Source of the DNA: Paraspadella gotoi
Lineage: Eukaryota > Animalia > Chaetognatha
Direction of reading: 5' to 3'
NCBI GenBank assembly: GCA_051294375.1
Contig: CM119267.1
Location: forward strand, 26,399,324-26,463,323
DNA length: 64,000 bases
This document shows positions 51,806 through 64,000 of the stretch, piece by piece. The notes beneath the pieces were generated by a model. It worked only from the letters and a program-made list of their open reading frames with translations. It was not told the origin of the DNA and made no database searches. Each line of letters opens with the position of its first letter. Positions within the stretch are counted from its first letter, which is position 1. A program made the position numbers and the translations under genes.

Positions 51806-54800
51806 TAGGGTGTGCAAATGCCAAAAGTTGCTCGGATTTCAAATGAGGTCTCAGATAATATGTGGGAGGTCTAAAAAAAGATGTTAGGAACAATCGCCAT
51901 TTAAATAAGTTGATCACGGGCCGTGCTACCTTGCCTTGAAGGATTTTTGGCACACCTTTCACTTCATAGTTTATTGTGTCTAAAGTAAGAAAGGTTTTTG
52001 TGTCCACTTAAATTTATTAGTTGTAAAAGTATATGAAGTTAATTCAAATAAATTTTCAGATCCCAACTACCTCTGGAGGCTCTGCTGCATCATTTACAAC
52101 ATGCTGGAGGAGGTGGTAGCTATTAAAATAAAGAGTATATCTTTTGAGTGCTGATGGTACTATAAAAGGTTTCTATAAAATTATATTCATTAACAAGCCC
52201 TTTAACTAATTTCATAACTTTTTTTGAAAATGCAAGTATGTCTACATCCTGGAGGATATTTCTTGTACAGTTTTTATAATTGCTTAAATTATATACAAAA
52301 TATATATCTATTAATTAGATAGTAAGACAGTTTATTAAAAATAGATAAGATAAAAGTTTTTGGTAAATCTTAAATTGATTGACCAACAACTTCTCATGGG
52401 AGCCTCTTTTGAAGGATTCTGAAAATTTATCTCCACACCCCATCAATTAAAAAAAGGAAAGTTATGCTATCAAAAATAGCTTTAATAGTTGGCCAAAATA
52501 CTCGTAGTTACTTTTTTAATTAAAATTTTTTGAACAGCATTCTTTATACAACCTGTAAAGGCATTTCCAATATGCTGGAGCATGTGGACAAAGGCTTGCT
52601 GCTGATAAAGCTTTTAATTAAAGAATAAAATCCATATTTTTTATTAAAATATGGTCATATAAATGATAGACTCAATCATACCATTACTTCTAACCAAGGT
52701 GTGCCTACATCTTTGTAGATTCTTCATGTACAGACTGCTTGAAGGATAAATATCTTTATTATATTATTATAAATATATATTTTAATCATAATATGATAAT
52801 ATCAGATAAAGCATCCAGCCTGAGTCAACCTAAGAATAATATATCTAAAAAATAATAAAATATCCTATAATAAAATAGCTAAATCTATTTACTTTAAAGC
52901 TCAGTTTTTTAGGTTTTTCTTTTAAAATGTTATGGAGTATTATAATTTTGAATATATTTTAAATGCTCATCAATTCTTAATTTCCCTATGCTGATATATA
53001 AAAAAGTGATTACTTGATGGATTGGTTTATTAATTTTTTGATTAATTGATTGAGTGGTCAAATAATTAATTAATATGTAGATGGTTGATTATTCATTTAC
53101 AGATTGTTTGAATGATGGGATATCTGCATCATATGATTATAGATGAATATGTTTACTATTAAAACTTGATAAAATATGATTTCATAAATAATCACTTGAT
53201 ATCATATATAAATAAAAAAAAAAATTTTATAATCCACTTTGTCGGTCCATCACTCCGCCCACTCAATCTTGGCACTCAGTCACTTAAATCATGTCAAAAA
53301 ATTGAATTATAATAAATTCTGAAAAAAAATTATATCCATCCGTCTGTATCTATCCATCCCCCTTAGCAAAAAATTGCAATTATTCGTGATTGAATGGATG
53401 GATTAAAAAGTGTATGATTAAACAGGTATAAAGTTTTGGAAGAATCAGAAATGAGTTTAAATGAAAAAAACATAAATCACATTTACCACAATCTTTTTAC
53501 TAATTTTAACCTATAGAGAAAAGCAAAGTTTTTGAATGTGTTACAACGAATTTATTTGAAAATACGGACATGTTTCGGCTCACATTTCTATATCCTAATA
53601 ACAACAAAAACGAAAGGTTTATCGCAGCATAATTTTAACAATTGGATGGATAGATTGAGATGAAAATTTTGTATGGGTAGGAAAGTGTGTGATTGAGCAG
53701 GATAAAAAATTTCAATGGAATTGATGAGTGGAAATGAGTTTTCATAGAAAAACCAAAATAAAGTTGCCTTGAAGTTTTATTAATTATGCTTACTCATGAA
53801 TGTTTTAATAAAATAATTTCAGTGAAAAAATGATGCAATTTAAAAAAAATTATAAAAGGTGAAAAAATTATGTAATTAAAAAAATGAGGCAAATTATAAA
53901 AATGATGTGAATTAAAAAAATAATGCAAGTTAAAAAGATGATGTGAGTTTAAAAAATAATGTAAGTTAAAAAAATGATGGACGGATGGAGAAAAGTGTTT
54001 AACGTCCGCAGGTTTTTGAGAGGCATTATTTCTCTCTCTCTGGACTTTTCTGACGTTAAATTAATCGCGATATCTTTTATCTTCACCTTCAATATTTTTT
54101 ATTTGTGGGAAACGGGCAAGGCAGCAGCCAGATATCATCTCATCATCGAATCCCACTGCCACGGTCGTGTTTTGTCATGACCGGCGTAATATTGATGTTC
54201 TGATATGATTTAAGTGAATGAACACCCAGATTCAGGGTTCGGATGGCTGGACCAACAAAATGGATTATATAAAACTTTTTTTACTGATATGAAATTGGTA
54301 CAACCAATATAAAAATTATCCATTCATTTAATAAATAAGCTATCTTGCCCCTGACTTTGGACAGGCTTTGGTGGTTTAAGGCCTCCATCACTCTTACATA
54401 TATATAATATCAAATGATTATTTCTGAAATCATAATTTATCAAGTTTTAATAGTAAATATAATAATTTATAATCATATGATACAGATATTCTATACTTCA
54501 AACAATCTGTAAATGAATAATAAACCAACTATAACAATGTTACATGGTGCTGCAGACAACGATATTACGAGGTGTTGCGGATTCCAAGGATGAGATGCAG
54601 CAGATAGATCAGGATGCTACAGAGCATAAAATGCGAACGGGGACACAGATGCAGCCGGGGATTGGGTCAAGGGGTGCATGCCAGCGCTGACGCATTATGC
54701 CACTAATAAAAATTTGTGGGCAAATTGTAGGGACTGTAAAAAGAAATGAAAAGACGGAGCTGACTAAGATTTGATTTTTTTTTCCTCTTTTTGAAACTTA

Positions 54801-56210
54801 GCAAACTGGAGCCATAGATGTAAAAGTATTAAACCTACTACTACCCCTCCTACTCCATTGTTGTACATCGGCAATACATTCGTTGAGTTTGCAAAGATGG
54901 TTATTAATTATAGGGCGCACAGAACAGCGACCAGTGCTAAGTTAATAATATATTAATTAATTATTTAACCACTTGATCAATTAATCAACAAAGTATTAAA
55001 CCAATAAATAAAATAATTATTTTTTTTATATATCAGCATAGGGAAATTAAGAAATTATAATCATTTGGAATAATTCAAATTTATAATACTCAATAACAAT
55101 TTTTTAAAAAACCTAAAAAACTAAGCTTTAAAATATATGGATTTAGCTATCTTATTACAGAATATTTCATTATTTATTAGATATATTATTCTTAGGTTGA
55201 CTCAGGCTGATTGCTTTATCTGATTTTATCATATTATGATAAAAAATATATTTATTTATAATAATATAATAAAGATATTTTATCCTTCAAGCAGTCTGTA
55301 CATGAAGAATCTACAAAGATGTAGGCACACCTTGGTTAGAAGTAATGGTATGATGAGTCTATCATATATATGACCATATTTTAATAAAAAATAAGGATTT
55401 TATTCTTTAATTAAAAGCTTTATCAGCAGCAAGCCTTTGCCCACATCCTCCAGAATATTTGAAATGCCTTTACAGGTCGTATAAAGAATGCTGTTCAAAA
55501 AATTTTAATTAAAAAAGTATTTGGCCAGCTATTAAAGCTATTTTTGATAACATAACTTTCCTTTTTTTTTAATTGATGGGGTGTGGAGATAATTTTCAGA
55601 ATCCTTCAAAAGAGGCTCCATGAAAAGTTGTTGGTCAATCAATTTATAATTTACCAAAAACTTTTATCTTATCTATTTTTAATAAACTGTCTTACTATCT
55701 AATTAATAAATATAATTTTGTACATAATTTAAGTAATTATAAAAACTGTACAAGAAGTATCCTCCAGGATGTAAACATACTTGCATTTTCAAAAAAAGGT
55801 TATGAAATAAGTTAAAGGGCTTATTAATGAAAATAATTTTATAAGAACCATTTATAGTACTATCAGCACTCAAAAGATATACTCTTTATTTTAATAGCTA
55901 CCACCTCCTCCAGCATATTGTAAATGCTGCAGCAGAGCCTCCAAAGGTAGTTAAGATCTGAAAATTTATTTGAATTAACTTCATATACTTTACAACTAAT
56001 AAATTTAAGTGGACTCAAAAACCTTTCTTACTTTAGACACAATGAACTATGAAGTGAAAGGTGTGCCAAAAATCCTTCAAGGCAGGGTAGCACGGCCAGT
56101 GATTAACTTATTTAAATGGCGATTGTTCCTAACATCTTTTTTTAGGCCTCCACATATTATCTGAGACCTCATTTGAAATCCGAGCAACTTTTGGCATTTG
56201 GCACACCCTA
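51806..56210. mobile_element. Foldback/MULE-like element with long (~1.5 kb) inverted arms
   Basis: Ends tagggtgtgc / gcacacccta; 9-bp duplication atggctcat at 51797-51805 and 56211-56219. Confidence 0.85.
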
Positions 56211-57363
56211 ATGGCTCATCTATCCAAAACCTTTTGTTATTCAAATTCAAACTGACTGTTTACTTTATTGATTGTTTGACTGAGATTGATCAGTCTGGTT
56301 TTTCCTGCTTAATACATGAACACTCATGATATTAACTCATTTTTATTACTCGATAAATAATGTAGCCAATACATTAACTCTGTGCAAAAACTCATGAATT
56401 ATTCTCTCAATCAAATTAAACCAATCAATTGAATTAAATACAATTCGAATCTCGGATCCCATTTTCCCTGCAATGTCGCCACTCTGGAAATATATTCTTC
56501 ATGTCAACATCTTAGTCATGTGACCCGGCTGTTGTCATGTGACCTCGTTAACGTTGTGGCTATCTCAGGCACATGCCACACATATGTCAATAAATGGAAT
56601 CTGAGAACAATATAGTAGACTGCAGCAATGGATTTTTGCCCAGTAGCAAAAATATAAGGAAGTATTTATCTTTCATCTGATGCTGAGATGATTGCATTAA
56701 GTAATTTACTTGATATTTTATACAGAGAGTCCCAACTACATCAGTTATTGATTTCATAATCTCACAGAGATGGCACTCAACCAGAGTGACCACTACAGTA
56801 TGAACTTAAGAAAAAAAATTTTTTAACAGCATCTTAAAATTGCAGCAGTTTAATGGCCATAGCATAGTAAAGATAAGATGTCCTAGTAAATATTTCTAAA
56901 TAGAGTTCTTCATTTGCTCTCTTTAGAATTTTCCTTTTAGCATAGAAATGAGCTACTAGCGTGCATAAAAACTGCATATTGTAGGTTTTAGGTTTGCTAC
57001 ATTCGCTACCTGCAGCATCCTTATAAATGGCCCTAATTAACTCGGGCTTGAGCGCATGTTTTCCCGACTTAGAATATTAGTTATTCCTATTCTTAATAGC
57101 CTTCTTAATAATATAACATACTGCTAGGGAACATTAACATAATTAGTTTTTGAACATTTTTTAAAATATGAAAAATCTGCAATAAAAGTCTTTTGTCCTT
57201 TTTACAACCAAATTGACTTATGATGTTAGATTTTGATTAAATTAATTTTTCTCAAGCATGGAAGTATTTTAATATTTAACAATATAAAAGAAATGCTTAA
57301 AAATATTTTTAAGAAATTAAAATTTTTAAAAATGGATTCTGATGAAGATTAAAAAGTTAGATA

Positions 57364-58054
57364 TGTGGATAAGGCGCTAAGTGGGCTGAAGATGACTATC
57401 CGTAACTTCTATAACCCCCTTTAGTAGCCATGGAATGGGTCCTGGGCTTGGAACTAGGCTTGAGGGGTTGCCACGCCCCCAAGGCGGCTTACGGCCGTCC
57501 TCACGCTTCCCACAGGGTAGGTACCGGGTTGGGATTGAACCAGGTACCTAGTGGTCATGAGCTGATGGCTTTACTCAATGAGCCACCGGGTCAGGACTGA
57601 AGGTGTCATGCTTATAGGCGGGGTGAACCTAGGCAATGCCCGACTACATGCCACACAGATTGTAACCCACCCTGCACTGCTTCCAGTGGAGGGGAGGGAG
57701 GGAGCAATCTTCAGCACGTCCATGGGCCTGGAATCAGAAGGGGGAATACGCTCGACAGGATGGGCTCACCAGTGTGGATAAGGCGCTAAGTGGGCTGAAG
57801 ATGACTATCCGTAACCTTTATAACCCCCTTTAGTAGCCATGGAACGGGTCCTGGGCTTGGAACCAGGCTTGAGGGGTTGCCAAGCCCCCAAGGCGGCTTA
57901 CGGCCGTCCTCACGTTTCCCACAGTAGGTACCGGGTTGGATTGAACCAGGTACCTAGTGGTCATGAGCTGATGGCTTTACTCAATGAGCCACCGGGTCAG
58001 GACTGAAGGTGTCATGCTTATAGGCGGGGTGAACCTAGGCAATGCCCGACTACA
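57364..58054 (-). mobile_element. Miniature LTR-type element (TRIM/retrozyme-like): two ~285-bp direct repeats each with tRNA-like box and twister-like core
   Basis: Repeats 57364-57648 and 57773-58054 start TG and end CA exactly at homology boundaries; GATA on both flanks; TGGTGAGCC PBS-like motif 1 nt after the minus-strand 5' repeat. Confidence 0.7.
57843..57923 (-). ncRNA. Candidate P5-type twister ribozyme (family B); twin at 57434-57515
   Basis: Minus: tggg-aa-(A/G)CGT-GA-GGA-cggccg-TAA-GCC-GC-C-[P3 ttggggg/ccctcaa]-G-CCTGG-TTCCAAGC-CCAGG-A-cccg; T1 GGA/TCC. Confidence 0.65.
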
Positions 58055-58568
58055 GATAAAGGTTAATCCTACAAATTTCAAAAACTTCAATGATAAATGG
58101 GCTAAAATTTAAAAAAACTTTAAAAAATCATTATTATCATTTAAATTTTATAGTTTTTGTTAATTTTCATAGATAACTTATTAAAATTTCAAAAAGTTGT
58201 ATTAATAACCTTCCTTTAAATTTTCAAGCTCTATCAGAATCCATTAAAATTTATAAAAAAAATTTTTGACATTATATAGTATTTGGATAATATAAAATAG
58301 CTTCCATGCGTTTAACTATAAAATAAATCTTAAATTTTTCGTGATTTTCACGATCTTTAATAAGCAAATTAACAATATTTATACCGGACTTCTGTTAGTT
58401 TGTAACCTGTTCCGTCTTAATAATTAGTAGTGTTTTTAAGCTCTAAACTGGCGCAGAGCAATAAAACCAATATTGCATTATTTTTAATAGCGCAGCATAT
58501 TGAAAAAGCAAGAGGAAAATAAAACCTATATCAGAAAGAGAAANNNNNNNNNNNNNNNNNNNNNNNNN

Positions 58569-61500
58569 TAATAAAAAAATAAGGATTTTATTCTTAATTA
58601 AAAGCTTTATCAGCAGCAAGCCTTGCCCACATCCTCCAGAATATTTGAAATGCCTTTACAGGTCGTATAAGAATGTGCTGTTCAAAAAATTTTAATTAAA
58701 AAAGTAACTATGAGTATTTGGCCAGCTATTAAAGCTATTTTTGATAACATAACTTTCCTTTTTTTTTAATTGATGGGGTGTGGAGATAAATTTTCAGAAT
58801 CCTTCAAAAGAGGCTCCATGAAAAGTTGTTGGTCAATCAATTTATAATTTACCAAAACTTTTATCTATCTATTTTTAATAAACTGTTTACTATCTAATTA
58901 TAAATATAAATTTTGTACATAATTTAAGTATTATAAAACTGTACAAGAAGTATCCTCCAGGATGTAAACATACTGCATTTTCAAAAAAGGTTATGAAATA
59001 AGTTAAAGGGCTTATTAATGAAAATAATTTTATAAGAACCATTTATAGTACTATCAGCACTCAAAGATATACTCTTTATTTTAATAGCTACCACCTCCTC
59101 CAGCATATTGTAAATGCTTGCAGCAAGGCTCCAAAAGTAGTTAAGATCTGAAAATTTATTTGAATTAACTCTATTACTTTTACACTAATAAATTTAAGTG
59201 GACTCAAAAACCTTTCTTACTTTAGACACAATGAACTATGAAGTGAAAGGTGTGCAAAAATCCTTCAAGGCAGGGTAGCACGGCCAGTGATTAACTTATT
59301 TAAATGGCGATTGTTCCTAACATCTTTTTTTAGGCCTCCACATATTATCTGAGACCTCATTTGAAATCCGAGCAACTTTTGGCATTTTGGCACACCCTAA
59401 TGGCTCATCTATCCAAAACCTTTTGTTATTCAAATTCAACTGACTGTTTACTTATTTGATTGTTTGACTGAGATTGATCAGTCTTTGGTTTTCCTGCTTA
59501 ATACATGAACACTCATGATATTAACTCATTTTTATTACTCGATAAATAATGTAGCCAATACATTAACTCTGTGCAAAACTCATGAATTATTCTCTCAATC
59601 AAATTAAACCAATCAATTGAATTAAATACAATTCGAATCTCGGATCCCATTTTCCCTGCAATGTCGCACTCTGGAAATATATTCTTCATGTCAACATCTT
59701 AGTCATGTGACCCGGCTGTTGTCATGTGACCTCGTTAACGTTGTGGCTATCTCAGGCACATGCCACACATATGTCAATAATGGAATCTGAGAACAATATA
59801 GTAGACTGCAGCAATGGATTTTTGCCCAGTAGCAAAAATATAAGGAAGTATTTATCTTTCATCTGATGCTGAGATGATTGCATTAAGTAATTTACTTGAT
59901 ATTTTATACAGAGAGTCCCAACTACATCAGTTATTGATTTCATAATCTCACAGAGATGGCACTCAACCAGAGTGACCACTACAGTATGAACTTAAGAAAA
60001 AAAATTTTTAACAGCATCTTAAAATTGCAGCAGTTAATGGCCATAGCATAGTAAAGATAAGATGTCCTAGTAAATATTTCTAAATAGAGTTCTTCATTTG
60101 CTCTCTTTAGAATTTTCCTTTAGCATAGAAATGAGCTACTAGCGTGCATAAAAACTGCATATTGTAGGTTTTAGGTTTGCTACATTCGCTACCTGCAGCA
60201 TCCTTATAAATGGCCTAATTAACTCGGGCTTGAGCGCATGTTTTCCCGACTTAGAATATTAGTTATTCCTATTCTTAATAGCCTTCTTAATAATATAACA
60301 TACTGCTAGGGAAAATTAACATAATTAGTTTTTGAACATTTTTTAAAATATGAAAAATCTGCAATAAAAGTCTTTTGTCCTTTTACAACACAATTGACTT
60401 ATGATGTTAGATTTTGATTAAATTAATTTTCTCAAGCATGGAAGTATTTTAATATTTAACAATATAAAAGAAATGCTTAAAAATATTTTTAAGAATTAAA
60501 ATTTTTAAAATGGATTCTGATAAGATTAAAAAGTTAGATATGTGGATAAGGCGCTAAGTGGGCTGAAGATGACTATCCGTAACTTCTATAACCCCTTAGT
60601 AGCCATGGAATGGGTCCTGGGCTTGGAACTAGGCTTGAGGGGTTGCCACGCCCCAAGGCGGCTTACGGCCGTCCTCACGCTTCCCACAGGTAGGTACCGG
60701 GTTGGGATTGAACCAGGTACCTAGTGGTCATGAGCTGATGGCTTTACTCAATGAGCACCGGGTCAGGACTGAAGGTGTCATGCTTATAGGCGGGTGAACC
60801 TAGGCAATGCCCGACTACATGCCACACAGATTGTAACCACCCTGCACTGCTTCCAGTGGAGGGAGGGGAGCAATCTTCAGCACGTCCATGGGCCTGGAAT
60901 CAGAAGGTTGGAATACGCTCGACAGGATGGCTCACCAGTGTGGATAAGGCGCTAAGTGGGCTGAAGATGACTATCCGTAACTTCTATAACCCCCTTTAGT
61001 AGCCATGGAACGGGTCTGGGCTTGGAACCAGGCTTGAGGGTTGCCACGCCCCCAAGCGGCTTACGGCCGTCTCACGTTTCCCACAGGGTAGGTACCGGGT
61101 TGGGATTGAACCAGGTACCTAGTGGTCATGAGCTGATGGCTTTACTCAATGAGCCACCGGGTCAGGACTGAAGGTGTCATGCTTATAGGCGGGGTGAACC
61201 TAGGCAATGCCCGACTACAGATAAAGGTTAATCCTACAAATTTCAAAAACTTCAATGATAAATGGGCTAAAATTTAAAAAAACTTTAAAAAATCATTATT
61301 ATCATTTAAATTTTATAGTTTTTGTTATTTTCATAGATAACTTATTAAAATTTCAAAAAGTTGTATTAATAACCTTCCTTTAAATTTTCAAGCTCTATCA
61401 GAATCCATTAAAATTTATATAAAAAAATTTTTGACATTATATAGTATTTGGATAATATAAAATAGCTTCCATGCGTTTAACTATAAAATAAATCTTAAAT

Positions 61501-61707
61501 TTTTCGTGATTTTCACGATCTTTAATAAGCAATTAACAATATTTATACCGGACTTCTGTTAGTTTTGTAACCTGTTCCGTCTTAATAATTAGTAGTGTTT
61601 TTAAGCCTAAACTGGCGCAGAGCAATAAAACCAATATTGCATTATTTTTAATAGCGCAGCATATTGAAAAAGCAAGAGGAAAATAAAACCTATATCAGAA
61701 AGAGAAA
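58569..61707. repeat. Near-identical duplicate of 55382-58543 across a 25-N gap (probable assembly overlap)
   Basis: Differences mainly single-base indels; includes second copy of the mini-LTR element at 60541-61219. Confidence 0.85.
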
Positions 61708-62420
61708 ACATCAGTGATTATTTTAATGTATTATAAAAAGACATTCAATAACTTTTTGCCTTAAAAATCTGATAGAAAAAACTATGGAAAATACTAATAA
61801 TATAAGTTTTGATTCACTACCCTGTAATTGATTTATTAATTAACTGATTAATTATTTGATTAATTCATACATCTTGCATTTACATTTAATATAAAAATGA
61901 AAAGAAGCATAATCAATTTGTGAAACAGGTTTTTTGTTTTTTCCCCTTTTAACTCATTTCCACTCGGACAATTCCATCGAAACGTCATATCCAGCTTAAT
62001 CACACACTTCCCTACCAATACAAAATTTCATTCCAATCCATCAATCCAATCACGAGTAATTGGTGTTTTTTACTAAAGTGGGATGGACGGGCAGACAGAC
62101 GGACGGACATCATTTTTTTTGCATAATTTCTGACATGATATAAGTGAATGCCCGACAAGATTAAGGGGGCGGACCGACAAAGTGAATTATAGAGTCGGGA
62201 TCTGCTGATGAGCAGATCCGACAAAAAACGTTTTATTCATTTTTCGCGGCCTTAACATCTACTGGTTCATTTCCTGCGATGATACAACATAATATACAAA
62301 AAAAAACTGAAAGATTCGAAATAAGAATGAAGTCCGCAATAAAAGACATACCTATGGGCCGAGCAGTTATTTTCTTACAATCGTTATTGAGCGCCCTTCC
62401 CCGGCCGCGGCCGTGTGCAC

Positions 62421-62552
62421 CTCAATGAGATATTCGTAGATGTCGTTCCCGTAATCGGGAAAGTCGATAACGGGATCAACACTGGACACCGCAAGTTCCG
62501 GAAGCGAACGTTCCAGTTGGAGAAGCGATGAATCCATTGTCATCGGGGATTC
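62421..62552 (-). CDS. CycA: Cyclin A exon (upstream exons lie beyond the window)
   Basis: ESPMTMD..PDYGNDIYEYLIE joins in frame to [12 protein letters not shown]; tag acceptor, GAG|GTGCAC donor. Confidence 0.85.
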
Positions 62553-62603
62553 CTATAGAAAAAGACTAACCAATTTTCTTAATGTCTAATTTTATGTTTG
62601 ACT

Positions 62604-62759
62604 TGCGGATAAGGCTCTCAGTGTGGTAAAGAGTGCTACCCGCAACTTCTTTAACCCCCCTAACGGCCATGGAACGGGTCCTTGGCATGGAACCAGGCTT
62701 GGGGGTTTTCCAAGGCAGTTTACGGCCGTCCTCATGCTTCCCGCTGAGTAGGTACTACA
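62604..62759 (-). mobile_element. Short solo-LTR-like relative of family B lacking the tRNA module
   Basis: tgcggataagg..ctaca; homologous twister-like core with P5 agcggg/cccgtt. Confidence 0.6.
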
Positions 62760-64000
62760 CTGTTTTTTTGACAATACTGTTCAGTTACTAAAATAATTTC
62801 AAGTGCTTAAAAGTTAAAACGATTAAAAGTTGTCGTCAATCAGATTTCGCGTTAGACCCACACACAACTGACCGGAAGTTGACTACAACATGGATATTAC
62901 TAAAAGAAGCAAATTATCATCTAAAATAGAATGTTAATTATTTTGATAAAAACTTTTTTTTCTGCAACTGTTGGTCCACATCCTCCAACAAATAAGGATG
63001 CTTCCACAGAGCCTCTGGGGATTGGTGCTTATAAAATCATGATTGGAATATAAACCTAGACGGTTTTATCAACTAATAAAGCAATTTTTGATTCCATAAC
63101 TCTTATTTTTTTATTTCTATAGGTGTCAAAAATTTAAAAAAAAATTCTTATAAACACGATATCTTAAAAAGTATTTGGTCAATCAAGATGAAATTTATTG
63201 TGTACTGTAATTCTTCCATATTGTGTACTGTAATTCTTCCATATTAGTTTCAAAAGATTCGTTTCTTAGTAGCCCAGGGATTTTTATCTTTAACTGTTAA
63301 AATTAAGAATTAATATCAAAAAACTAGAATAAAAAAAAAACAAGTTTGAGCAAACAATGTCGGATCTACCTACGATAATTAATTAATTAATCGATTAATT
63401 AATTAATTAATTTTAAAATGTAATAATTAATTTTAAATTTATATTCAACTTATCATCATCGATGTCCTTAAAATTGGGTTAGGACAGTTATTAAATATGT
63501 TTTGTTTACATTTTATCAAAACAAACAAATACAGAAGGCTTCATATTATAAAATGTGGTACCCCTTTTTTGTGACCAGAACACGTTCCGAGAAAACTACT
63601 GAATAGAATTTAATGAAATTTTGCATGCGGAGTACCAGCAGTGATACAAATGGAACTATCGAGGCGAATTTTTTACATTCCACCCCAAAGCTGAGATAAG
63701 GGGCCCAGAGGGGGCAGCCCCTTAGGGCCACAAATGGTCAAAAAAATTTTTTCAATATTTTTTATTATTTTTGTTTTAAACAGTTGCACAGACGTTTACT
63801 CTTCCACAAAAACGTATTTATTACCTCAAAAATATTCATTTAACTTAATTTTTAGCTTCATGAACATCAGCAGTTAAAGTCAGATTTGGAATAATTTGGG
63901 AAAATTTGAAGTAAAACGATGAACCATGCTTCTCTAACCATTAAGGCGTAGTAAAATTCCTAAGTTTAACTTTAATTAAAATTCTAAAAGTGAGGAACGA

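Larger units (their letters stand above)
51413..61824. mobile_element. TA-flanked element with ~22-bp TIRs, hosting nested insertions
   Basis: ta|caggtagtgattcaaaactta ... taagttttgattcactaccctg|ta; HINE sequence on both outer sides (51173.. and ..62228). Confidence 0.6.

Noticed and set aside
57522-57592. Functional tRNA gene (CAT anticodon-like)
   Set aside because: Acceptor and anticodon stems pair poorly; only A/B boxes remain and it is part of a repeat.
58569-61707. 3-kb tandem duplication giving four twister repeats
   Set aside because: Flanks a 25-N gap and differs mainly by single-base indels; counted as one locus.

Overview
AT-rich eukaryotic (metazoan-like) genomic DNA with GC-rich exons. 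Three spliced minus-strand genes can be rebuilt by hand: the 3' part of cyclin A (62552-44389), a complete SMG8 (about 1001 aa, 38158 down to a last exon at 12338-12204) and coproporphyrinogen III oxidase CPOX (from 12079; last exon not found in the window). The SMG8 stop lies only 124 nt upstream of the CPOX ATG, an operon-like arrangement. Introns are packed with mobile DNA: three DIRS-type tyrosine-recombinase retrotransposons (two show an ICR near the 5' end rather than after YR), Helentron-associated HINE repeats, Kolobok-like, TA-target and foldback/MULE-like non-autonomous elements. The most striking signal is RNA-level: three different tRNA-headed repeat families each contain a P5-permuted twister-ribozyme-like core with covarying pseudoknot bases, one inside a TG..CA mini-LTR element (candidate twister LTR-retrozyme), plus several Penelope-type minimal hammerheads. 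Two near-identical duplications next to 25-N gaps (9033-13681 vs 14089-18714; 55382-58543 vs 58569-61707) look like haplotype/gap-filling artefacts. All calls are by eye; no searches or folding programs were run.
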